Below are positions 53,301 to 64,000 of a stretch of 64,000 bases of DNA, one piece after another. Below the pieces are notes generated by a model, which worked only from the letters and a program-made list of their open reading frames with translations, made no database searches and was not told the DNA's origin. The DNA is from Balanoglossus misakiensis (taxonomy: Eukaryota; Animalia; Hemichordata). A program made the position numbers and the translations under genes. Position 1 is the stretch's first letter; the number at the start of each line of letters is the position of its first letter. The stretch is from contig CM082576.2 of assembly GCA_040954595.2 (NCBI GenBank), positions 3,880,760 to 3,944,759 on the forward strand, given 5' to 3'.

Positions 53301-56300
53301 ATACCGCAATAGTACAGTGACTGGACAGTGTTAGAGATACCAGGGGAATTATTTATGTGTTTAACCGATACAATCGCAAACAGGCAGCCAATTGTTCACT
53401 GATCTGCACACATAGAAATCTTAAATCCTATAGCTGTGGCGAGATTTCAAGCATTTTTTAATTTGTGAATGTCCTACAAGTACTTGTATAATCTTCTCGG
53501 CAATGGTGGCCGATTGTGTGTTATATTTCATAGTTGGTGATCACAAACGCCTCTCGGGGTTTTTGTCCCTGACACAAAAGAACGCAGACTAGAATACCAT
53601 TGTTTGTCTTCAAGGCAAACAGAAAGGAGTCTGGCAAGAATGTCAGGCGTGCTACCTGTAACCACTGTTATATGTCCTTATTTCAATGCCTCGCCAACAT
53701 CACATCTGCGGCGGACAAAGCACTCGCAGCATGGCTGAACATGTTGCTCGGCAACCCCGCCTTTTGTACTCCGCGACCCCTGTGACCTTGGCACGCCGCC
53801 AGCCCCCCAAACTGCATTGTACCCTTACCTGGCGTGGTTTAGTGCTCCATCCATAACTGACATCAAGGGATTGCGTAGTAAATTTCAAAGTCGCCTGGCC
53901 TAGCCTGTTGGGAGCCTCGTAGGGAGTGTGACATCCTAAAAAAAATAAGCGTGGCCTGCTGTTTTGTGACCCTCCGTCTTCAAGTTTGTCGCTGCTGTTT
54001 GTGTGATGAATCCAGACAACATGGAATTAATGTTGGAATTAGTTGCTGAATCGTATGTTTTTATCATGCTGTGCATAGGTGCTGTGATTCTGCTGGGCAA
54101 GACCAACATGTTCCGATTCAACCACCCAGCCCAAGCTGCCAAACTCAGGGAAAGACGCAATGTAAGTACCCAAACGCCTTCTAATCTATCAACACCACTG
54201 TTATCACTCGCGTCTTTTGCCCAAACATTTTTAACCGTGGAAAACACATAGAATGTTTCAAGAGCAATTATTACATTGTGTGTTTAAAAATCTATGTATG
54301 TAATCTACAACTACAAAGAAGCTTTGCGGTTTTTATGCCTTTTCACCAGCTAATTGCCAATGGTACTTGAAACCAGCATTTAAAAGCTGTGTATAAAAGG
54401 AAGACATATAACAGACTGGTTGCATTGACTTGTGGTTGTTTAATGTTATTTTCTTGTTAGATTTTTATCCGCTGGTAAAACATGTCTTTGCTGTTAATTA
54501 GCACTAACTTTGAAATATACTGGCATATTTTTTGCAGGCTGGGGAGATAATTAGAAGGTCATCTGTACTGAGTAGATTACAAGTACTGTATCTATCTCCT
54601 TTTTTTAGTGGAATAGTTAGTCCAGATTGCTATCTGAGAAATGTTTTCTGTGGTCTGGCAAAATTGCCATCTTTAGAAGTGCAATTTATCAATCACTAAA
54701 TCATATCTTGGGTGTTTGTTTTTCTCAATCATCATGGACATCATTTCTAAGTTACATGCTGACCTCCACATGTTTAGCAGAAGTGAAGGGCTTGACACAA
54801 TTTATTCAGAATGCAAGACGCCAAATTTTCAGATTTATGTAGGCAAAGATCACATCAAAATAATATGGACGAAATCATGCCACCTCTGATTTCATATATT
54901 TCAAATGTGTGTGATTTAGCAACCTGGACTAATTATTCCACCAGTAAGATTTTTTTTTTAAATTTCATATCAGCAGCTTTTGCATACCATCTTTGCAACA
55001 TTTTGCCATTTTCCTTTTGCTGTTTTGCATCAAGTGAAAAAAAACCTGAACCATTTTAATGCACCAAATGGTATATCCTCATTGCAGTGGCAGGCAGTTC
55101 AAACAGATGCTAACCGCTGCAGGCATTTTCATTGCGCACACAGAATTAATTGTTACTGTGGGGGGTCCCAAGTCACTGGTTTGAATGAAATAAAAATGGC
55201 ATCACCTTTGGCATCATGTCGGGTGAAGTGTTAGCCTTTTCCTGTACAGGTAAAATAATTTTATGAGACAGGCCAACTGAGAATAAAAATTTGAATTCAT
55301 GGATGATTAAAAAATAGCTGCTGCATTACAGTGTGAAGTGACATAGCATTAGATAAAAATAATTGTTTTTCAATGTCTTCTGGTTATTCTTTAAAAAGTC
55401 ACATATTTCTGTGTGCTACAATTTGATATAAATTTAATCATTATTATTTTTTAATAAACCACAGACATGTGCTTGTTTGAACTGCCAGCCTCAAAGTCCA
55501 GCATTTTTGTGCTTGCGGTTATACAAGTATTCACCTTTGGGGTAATTTTGTCTATGGTGGTTTAATTGCTAGCTGCACCCGTGATTTGCCAACATCATCA
55601 TCACCATCATCATCATCATCATCACTGACGCCAACATCATTCAGTGGCCATGTGTTGTACCCGGCCTCATTAACGGGCTACGTGTGGCTAGCTTTTCCGT
55701 CCCTTGTGTCATTGTTTGTGTATTGATTTGAACTGTTTTTTCAACACAACACCGTAAAGACCTAGTCATTTGACGTGTATCGACAGGTTTTCTTCCTCGG
55801 GTCACTGTGCATGACAAGCTGAAAAAATGTCTGCCCTTGCTCAGGCCAGTCAAATAGTCAACAACTCTTGGCTTCAGCCCAGCCCCAATTTGCTCGATTT
55901 GACGACGCTCACTTCACTGCGATGACGTGTGTGTGACCTCAAACCTGAAATGCCATTTCGTGTCACTGGTCTTGAGATGCGGTCACTAAATTCTTATTTC
56001 ACCAAGGAGAATAGGGCCACTTGACTTGAGCATGGGTTGTTTGTGTGCACTTTGACCCCCAAAATCCAAAAGTGTGTATTTCATTGTGTTGTGATGTGAT
56101 ATTGTGCATGTAGTGTTTAAATGTGTGTTTGTGATGCTATCGATATGACATGGTTTGAACTCATTCTCCCAAATCCATATTTTGCTTCACTTACAGATTC
56201 CCCATCATCTCACTAATAAGTAAAACCCATTTTTTCATTGTTGTCATTTGATAATGCAGACACTGCATGTATTCAGTATTTGAGAAGAATATGTCATGTC

Positions 56301-59300
56301 TTTTCTCTTACAGTCGAGTTTGTTCACCATAAAAACAGCACCAGACCCCCCACAAACTATCACCAAAGTGGCCTCGTCCTCGGACGACAGAGTGAGTAGT
56401 TTTGGGACTGGATATGCAATCCTGTACGCAACCATGCATTGATGCTCATCCCCCCTTGTCTTGCTTTGCTTGCAGATCAGTCGCCTTTCACAGCCTGCTG
56501 CACTACACCTACTTATACCCATGTTCTGCCAACATTGACAACTGCACCACCCTTTCTGACTGTCTTCAACCCATTGCAACCCAGTCTTTATCCCCATTTC
56601 AGCCACACTTACTTTGTTTCCCCAACACATCCCGATTTTGTAATGCCTAACATCATTTCATTGCAGAACCACTTCCACAAACGTGATGAATATTTTTCTC
56701 ATTTTAAAGAAAAATTATGGCTTCTATATTTATTTTTTTCGGTAACCCATATATTTGGCTGAAAAGAAAGATTCTTTCTTTTCAAGATTCTTTTGAGTGC
56801 AAAGCTTAATTTTAAAAAGACAATTTTTTGATAAAGAAAATTTATGTCAAAGTTCAGACTGCAAGGTATTTTAACTACCTGCAGGATAGTAAAATGCATA
56901 TTTATTTTTCAGGAACTTGCACAGATTTCCCTCAGTTGCTGCACCTTTGTTTCACTTATTTTTTTTTCATTTAATAATTTGCCAACCCTTTTCTTCTACA
57001 CGAGCAAAAGCCAGATTTTGGCTATCATAGCTATTTTGTCCAATGTCTACTATGCAGTGTCACTTACATGTACTATCAAGCACAGCCCACCCACAAGCAG
57101 GGGGGGGGGGGGGGGGGCGGTGTTACTGTGTTCCATTTTGATTCCTGACTAAAACACAAACACTTTCAAGGAAAGAATGCGTTTGTAAACAGTTGCAACA
57201 ATGAAGTCCAAGATTGACTGCAAATCTCACCTTGCGTAACCTTGCTTGCTTTTCACCCGACTCTCTTTCTCTCAACCAGCATTTCAGCATTTGTGCATTC
57301 AAACGAAGCTCAACATTCATTTCAGAAAAAATACAGACAGCGTAACTTGAAACTTATCAACATCAAGAAATATTTAGTCGATTTTGGGCCGGGGGGAGGG
57401 GAGGGGTTAGTAGTAATCTGCACAGTCAGGGAAGATCTTTGTGAACCTACATGTATATCTTTCTTTTTATCATATAAATTTATAAAATCAAGAAAAGGCA
57501 ATAAACTTTTGGAAAGGAGAGAAAGTTTACAAAAGCTTGAAAACACATCTGGTTAAGAGCATGTTCAAGTTAATTTCTTGACATGTCTCTTATTCAAAAT
57601 AAGACAACTGCCAAGAAGATTTATTTAGCATTTATGCTGTTTAAATTTTATTTCTTTTATAGCAAGCCGCACTAAATGCAGGTGCGTCCAAAAGCTGCAA
57701 TGTCTCCACAAGTTCCATACCCTCTTTAGCACCAGAAGATTTACAAGATGCCGCCATTCCTAGTCGTAGTCCTGTCTCTCCAATCATGATGTTCAATCCT
57801 CAGTAAGTTTTATGATGATTTTTACATTAATTTGTTGTGGATTCATTGGTTTGTTTGTACTGTTAGTTTGTTTCTGTGTATGTGGATATATACACTGTAT
57901 GTAGATACATATTACAGTAAAACTTGTCTAAAACAAACCCAGTCTAATCTGGAAACCTGTCTATACCGAACACATGTAAACTGGACACCTCTGCAAACTG
58001 ACCAATTTCTTCAGTCCCCCTGGTGTTCGGTTTTGACAGGTTTTACTGTATATGGATATAGATATGTAAAAACATATCCAAACTGCTTTGTGTAGAATTT
58101 TCTATGTCAGTGGTGTGTGTATGTGTCTGTCTGTATATGCAGTTATTTGTTATTATCAGACATTTTGATGGAGTGCAAAGGTAGTTCATTGTTGGCTACT
58201 CCAAACACTCAACCCCATTCCTTTGTATCTGCAGACTGGAAATTGAAATGCAACAGAAGAAAGAAACAGACAGGCTCGAAGAAACAAGGTTCGTCAAATA
58301 TTAAAGATTTCATTTTCCCAAACTAACTCACAAACCCGCCACCGCCCCATTCTTAGTCTAAATGTATGTGTGACATTACCGTGAACTCAAATCTATTGAA
58401 TCTGTCAATGTCAGATTTTAGGGTTGGGTGCCCATGGATATCAACTTTGACCATTGTTGATGAAAAGGGGGCTTGTGCGTATGTGCATTGTTGTTGTGTA
58501 CAGAGGTTTTGTTCAAGTGCTGTATTGCTTTGTCAGCAATTGTGATGGAAAGCCTCGCCAACAATTGCCTCTGTTGAATTTAACTCGCGTCGTCACATTC
58601 TTGTTTAAAGGTTTGTTCTGGAAGATAAACTTTTCTCAAACATTGCAGGAACCAAGTGTCAGTGATTGTATGAAGCAGGCATTTTTCCCCTGATAAACAA
58701 CATTTTAGAGTGAAGGCAGCACTCACCTTAGAGACGGGTTTTCACAAAAAATCGAAGCCTACAAATCTTTCCATTATCTGCTGCATTCAAGTTTGCACTC
58801 AAACGTAAATGAAATATTTGAATTCTTTGTGATAAAATTGTTAGCTGTTATGGATCCGTCGGCATTTGCACTCATACCTCAGATCGAGTCACCCATTTAT
58901 CCGTGCCAAACGTCAATTACTCTGTCACAAAAAGTATTGATTTCTAATCAATCAGAGCAGTCGTACTTCACATTGAATTTCACCCACAATGCTGTGTTGT
59001 ACTGATAAGACTTTGCCACTTATTGTCATACAGCATTGTGTCACATTAAACTTTAAAAACAGTTCAAAGATGTTACCGTATCATGTTAGATTCAAACCTA
59101 TATGAAAACCAGAGACGCACAGTTTTGAAGTTTTTCTGCTTTATTGGGCAAGATATTACTCTATCAACATCATTTGTTGGATTTGGAAAAAATGTACATT
59201 ATCAAGTTAATCAAATACTGCCCACAAAAAGTACATCATGGCCTTAATCATGAAATAGTGCCCGCACCCAAACTTTTGATATTGCCTATGTACAGTCACT

Positions 59301-62300
59301 CTGAAATTCAAAACAAACCCATCAAAAAAAGGTCCCATTGAAATGAATTGCTTTGTGTCGTCATGAATCAGACTTGTCAACAACAATAGGCAATTTTATA
59401 GCCTGTCCTGTGCGAGCATTCACCAAACTCATTTGCTGCTTTGCAAACTGAAAGAAACTGTTCATAACACCCAAGACCGTTAGTGCTGTGAATTCTCGAG
59501 ACACTAAAGGGTATTGTCAAGCACTTGATATTATCTGTTTGCAACTGAGCAGTCGTCAAGTTCTCATTCACATAAAATCTGGTTAAAGTACACAGGTTTT
59601 AACAATGTACTAACTGGCAACATCAATGTATTATTTAGGTCACTTCATGTTTGCTAAGATCTAGAATGTTATTTCAACTTCCATACCAAACTGAATATTT
59701 CCACATACTCAAAGAATACTAGGTTGATATTATTTTTGATGGGCTATGCTCAATAACCAGTTGTCATGGCTCAAACTACACCCTGTACATTGGTATAACA
59801 TGAGAGTTTGTCTGCAGTATAGTATTTGGTACTGACCAAAAATTAAAATGAAAGTATTCTTGTGTAATGTCCATTTATGGGTTGTGAGTAGAACCATGAC
59901 AACAGATCATTGGGCATGTTTCAGTGAGCAGAACATCCTCAAAATAAAATAAGCAAAACATTGTCCAAAGGTAGTGACTTTGCCCCTTTAAAAACAATTT
60001 TCAAACCCATCACATCCATCTTCATCATTTCCTCCCTCTTCCATCGCCAGGCGGAAAGTGGATGAGCTTAGGCAGGAGCAGCGGGAAGCTGAAGAGGCGC
60101 ACGCAATAAGACAAGAAGAAATGGAACGATTTCGACAGATATGGCAAGCTGAGATTCAACGAGAGAGACAACTCCTGGAGAAACTGAAGGAGCAAAGTGA
60201 CTCAGCCAGGGAAAGACATGAGCAGGAACTTGAACAAATGAAACAAAAACTGGAGCAACAGAAACTAGCAGGTAATTTTACTATTACAGTAGTATTGTTG
60301 TCCTTTTATTAAAAAAAAACAGTCACAAGGCAGGAATAATTACATTTACAATACCTACGCTGCTTCATTATGGCCTTATGTCCAACCAATAGAAAAAATT
60401 AGTTTGTAAGTTCAGTTTGTGATGAGACTGTCATTTAGGTAGAGCCAAGAAAAGGGAGGCGAGATAATAGGTAACATGGGTGGGGATCATAGTCCCTTTA
60501 AACGACCTCAAATGGAACAGTACATGGGGACAACAATGGAGCAGCTTTAATAGAATTCTAATGCATTTCCTCCATAAAAAGTTTGTGTGTGTGTTTACGT
60601 CTATGAAATGGAGCATTTTGTATTTTTCCCTTAGGGAACACATCCTTATTTCCCATGCGGGAAAGGTGATTTCAATACGCTGTCTAGAACATGAACTGTT
60701 TATTGTCAGTGACAAAGCATCTCATCAAACTACAGACTGCTCTGTGGTACCGAAAAGGACAAATATTAAAATGACTGTTATTGTGTTTTTGTGTTTTCTG
60801 TTTGTACTTAAGTTGTAAACATCACATACTGTTCTGCAGTGCTGCATTCGATTCAAGAATTTGCCGACTGAAAAGCATTCCTTGCTTTTGTTTCCAGGTG
60901 AACGAAAATTGTCTACAGAGCTACACGCCCTCACTGATATGGCCTCAGGAGAGACGAAGGCCCTTGGAGTCCAGACAGACCTGATGTTGTCACACGTGTT
61001 GCAGGCCTCGCAAGTGAACATTGAGGAGCTGGACACGCTGGAAGTCGGAAAGAAAAGGATCGCCAACATTGAACTCTTGCAAAACCAGTCAGTGAAGAAG
61101 GTGGAGGAGACGATCCAGAAGCGGAAAAAGAAATTTGAGAAACAGGAGAGGGCAGACACGGAACGCATCAAGCGCGCCGAGAAGCACCTGAAGAAGATAG
61201 AATCTGCGAAACATGTGTATTTACGGAGGAACAGAAGTCAGGAACAACTCAGGTCACCTGATGTGCAGGTCACGTCAGTTGATGCAAGACTCCCAAAAAC
61301 CAGTAGGGCAGCTACCAATGGACCGAGTGATAGCGATAGAGCAAGGTCAGATAAGGAGGACTTGACAGGAATGAAAACTGGTGCTAAACCAAAACGTATG
61401 CTGCAACAACCTCATGGGGACTCAAAATCAAGGACTCATACTAGAAGTTATGATAGTTCCCCAGCTCGCAAGAGCCCCAGGACAACTGAGACTGGAGGTG
61501 TGTATTCAAGACTCTACCCCTCTTATGAAGGAGAAAAGTTTAAATTTCTTAGGAGGAGTTACAGGGCTCACAAGTCTGGAGATATTGATTTAAAGCATGT
61601 TCAGGCAAAAATACAGCTACCGAAAAGTACCACACATGGTGCAAGGCGGCAGATATTTCCACCACTGTCTGCCTCGTCTGGACACTTGCCTGATACCTCA
61701 AGCAGGTCTTGGGTGCGCAGGCCTGGTGATGGTCCAGGAAGACTGTCAAACAAGGAGAGAACAGCCAGTCCAAGGAGCAGGAAAATTGATGCCAGATTGA
61801 AAGGGTTGCCTGTATCCAGCAGTATGGTGGACATTGCCTGCCAGACAACAGCCAGTGGTCTAGTCATACAGAGAAGTCGAAGTCTTAGTCCAACGTCATT
61901 TACAAGAGATGTGGGTATCGATGCTAGTCCATTTTATGTTGATGTCGGATTGGACAGCATGCCAACAGAACAAGAGCAATCAGTGTCGTCAGACGTGAAG
62001 GAACCAAATATGCTAAAAAGGAGCTGGCATAAAACAGGCAGGGCCAAGAGTCACCCAAAGAAGTCAGACAGCACTGAATCTGAAAGACAGAGAGGCTCCT
62101 CCAGAAGCACTGAAAGTGATGAATCAAGGCAAGTCAGAAGTGACAGAGAGCGAGCTAGGAAACCTTTCATCAGACCTGCTAGGCACAGCCGCAACACAAC
62201 AAGCGGGTCGGATGATTTTGAAGTCGAATGGAGGCTGACAAGATCGCAGGAGCAACTTCTGGAGGGGGAGAGTGATGACAACCCAGAGTCCCCAGCAAGG

Positions 62301-63956
62301 GGGCAGTCTTTTGAGGATATACCAACATTCCATCTGTCTGGGCTTCCCCTGGAGAAATTGTCAGGAATGAGACCCAGAGGCTTTTATGAGAGCGTGGACT
62401 CTGTTTGCGACAATGGGGAACTGCACAGTTCTCAGAGTACTGACCCATATCCCAATGATAGTTTACAGGGCGATGACAGGTCATTGGAAGAACTCTCAGA
62501 AGGAGAAGTGGATTCCCTGGAAGATGAAAGTGAACCGATTTCGAAGCGTCCCAGAGAGGGCAAGTACATTCCAGTTGGGGAACCATATCACTTCACAAAC
62601 ATGGACGTTGGACCGTTTAGCCCATACGAAGGTTGTGAAAGTGTAGACTCGGCAGTTGGACTAATGGCCACCAATGAATTTTTGTTTGAGAAGCCCCCGG
62701 GACTGTTTGGAAACCCCCTGGATGAAACAGAAATTTTAATGTACAGGGATAAAGACGGCAACATCAAAGTGGGGGATCCTAGGATCAGCACACCAGCAGA
62801 TAGCCTGGATGGGTCAGGAGTGAACACAATACCTCGGCCAAGAAGTGAAATATCTGTGGACAGTATTGAAGGCTCACAAATCGTTTCAGATGGAAGTCCA
62901 CTGTCTTCTCCCAGAGACGACTACATGGAGGAATACATGGGGCATTTGCAGACCATGACCAGCGACATCCAACTGTTGACAAGCACTGCAGAGAACGAAG
63001 AGGAAAACTTGGATCTGTACCACACTCCTGCAGATGATAGGGTATTTGTCACAATTCCAGTCACTGAGCATGTGAGTAAGGATCATGGGAAGGGGGCGAC
63101 GCCCCACGCCAAAGGCAGCAGCCGGAAGAAAACTCCTCCATCAAAACCGGGTGCAAAATTTGGGAACACGGCTAGCATTGTTTTGGGTGATGTGGTTCCT
63201 GATGGTGTTGTTGCACAGTTTGCAGGTGGCAGTGGGACATCACTTGCTAAGCACCAGAAAAAACCTTCAGAGCACACGTCAGAATATTCAAGCACTCAGC
63301 ACAGCACCGTTGCACCAGCCAGAGACAGTAGGGGTAGTGGAGATGTAGGGTTAGTAGACACTTCACAAGTGATAGATAACAGACATTATGATGCAGGAAT
63401 GCACGATGGAGATGGGGTTTCACCCGCCTTTCCAAGATCCGTATCTCATAGCTGTCCTGCGGGTGGAACTGAACAATTACCCTATTCTACAGAAGAGGAA
63501 GACATATATTTGTCAGATGCTCAAAGACCAGTGGATGTAACAGGACAGGATGGACTAAGCATTCCAATAATTACATACACTGACGCTTCCGAAGCAGCAT
63601 CAGAAAGTGCTGAACATTTACAATTTGAAAGGGAATCTCACATTGTAAAGGATACTAGCAACAAATCAGAGAGCCCCCAGACAATTGGCGATGACACTGA
63701 CCTTCAGTCTTCAAACATCGACACAGATACATCCATTGATACTGCCACAACTGATACATCAGTCGAAACTGTCATCAGTGTGCATGTGAAGCCAAGTGTT
63801 GGTGACGCATCTCTTGAGAGCTGTACTGATGAAGGTGTAGATGAAGATGACCATCCTGAGACGATAGATGAGGAGATGATGATGGCAGTGGTATCAGATG
63901 ATGTTTCTGAAATCAGACAAGATGATCAACCAATGGAACAAACCCCATTAATCAGA
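19503..63956 (+). CDS. STARD9: STARD9/KIF16A-like kinesin-3, 5' part (22 exons, about 1766 codons; motor, FHA, coiled coil, disordered tail); continues beyond the window
   Basis: Exons: 19503-19549, 19732-19801, 20061-20171, 42432-42548, 43099-43193, 43576-43685, 44504-44646, 46004-46071, 46550-46647, 48294-48482, 48740-48837, 49071-49148, 49272-49400, 49598-49717, 50168-50219, 50341-50478, 54079-54161, 56314-56391, 57663-57802, 58235-58288, 60051-60271, 60898-63956; phases consistent. Motifs: P-loop [50 protein letters not shown], and FHA region [24 protein letters not shown]...FRFNHP. STARD9 is favoured over KIF16B by HxASSRSH, SERADPxY, the Ser-rich loop-12 insert and a giant low-complexity exon. 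The START domain is not in the window. Confidence 0.85.
26975..27080 (-). pseudogene. 5S rRNA copy, 5'-truncated (probable pseudogene)
   Basis: Reverse complement reads ...CCGATCACCAAAGTTAAGCTGCGTTGGGCATGGTTAGTACTTGGATGGGTGACCGCCTGGGAATACCATGTGCCGTAGGCTT, the metazoan 5S internal control region and 3' end. About 13 nt of the 5' end are replaced by a T/(AT)n tract. Confidence 0.88.
27865..28050. mobile_element. Degenerate Tc1/mariner-pogo-type MITE
   Basis: Starts CAGTGAAACTTGTC, has internal CACCTC(C/T)CTA subrepeats, and ends GGTGTCC...GGTTTCTCTC-TA. Same architecture as the 57915 element. Confidence 0.45.
30402..30451. mobile_element. Possible right end of a TA-flanked DNA transposon/MITE
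   Basis: GC-rich GGGCGTTTGTCCGAG...CCCGGCAAACTACGG-TA resembles CCGTA...TACGG type termini. No matching left end found. Confidence 0.25.
34223..34240. repeat. (TG)n microsatellite
   Basis: tgtgtgtgtgtgtgtgtg seen directly; another at about 29760-29776. Confidence 0.8.
57915..58048. mobile_element. 134-bp Tc1/mariner (pogo/Tigger-like) MITE
   Basis: TA|CAGTAAAACTTGTCTAAAAC ... GTTTTGACAGGTTTTACTG|TA: near-perfect terminal inverted repeats with TA target-site duplication. Confidence 0.75.
60898..63956 (+). CDS. STARD9: 3059-nt giant coding exon of the STARD9-like gene (coiled coil, basic Ser/Arg-rich, then acidic disordered region)
   Basis: The 1045-aa ORF is trimmed by acceptor ttccag at 60897 and donor GTGAGT at 63957. 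Its phase matches the preceding exon. Confidence 0.85.
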
Positions 63957-64000
63957 GTGAGTAGTTTTCTTCACTTAAACTGTGTACCAATACACTAATA

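Noticed and set aside
54538-54564. Possible micro-exon AGEIIRRSS after a ttttgcag acceptor
   Set aside because: Only a weak donor follows and there is no homology support.
61381-63435. Many short alternative-frame and antisense ORFs
   Set aside because: Shadow ORFs of the GC-richer giant exon.
19503-63956. Assignment as KIF16B or KIF14
   Set aside because: SERADPxY, His switch I, the Ser-rich loop 12 and the giant exon fit STARD9 better. The decisive START versus PX C-terminus lies outside the window, so some doubt remains.
1-64000. CRISPR arrays, operons, tRNAs, intact autonomous transposons
   Set aside because: Eukaryotic spliced genes throughout; I saw no repeat-spacer array, cloverleaf, or RT/transposase ORF.

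Overview
AT-rich, intron-rich genomic DNA from an animal, probably an invertebrate deuterostome (inferred from gene content and intron density only). The ORF track is mostly spurious. Splicing exons by hand along GT-AG boundaries gives four genes. (1) First coding exon of a FAM89-family gene (- strand, runs off the left edge). (2) Complete 4-exon ZNRD2/SSSCA1 (- strand, about 228 aa). (3) Complete 35-exon NUP133 (+ strand, about 1146 aa), head-to-head with ZNRD2 across 401 bp containing a ZNF143/Staf site. (4) The 5' 22 exons of a STARD9/KIF16A-type kinesin-3 (+ strand, motor + FHA + coiled coil + 3-kb exon, runs off the right edge), with a 22-kb third intron. Non-coding elements include a 5'-truncated 5S rRNA copy, small TA-flanked MITEs and microsatellites. 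I found no clearly new biological system. The best leads are the ancestral-looking gene linkage, repeated RFX X-boxes, an overlapping uORF at the kinesin start, an altered loop-12 degron and LC8-like motifs in the kinesin tail.
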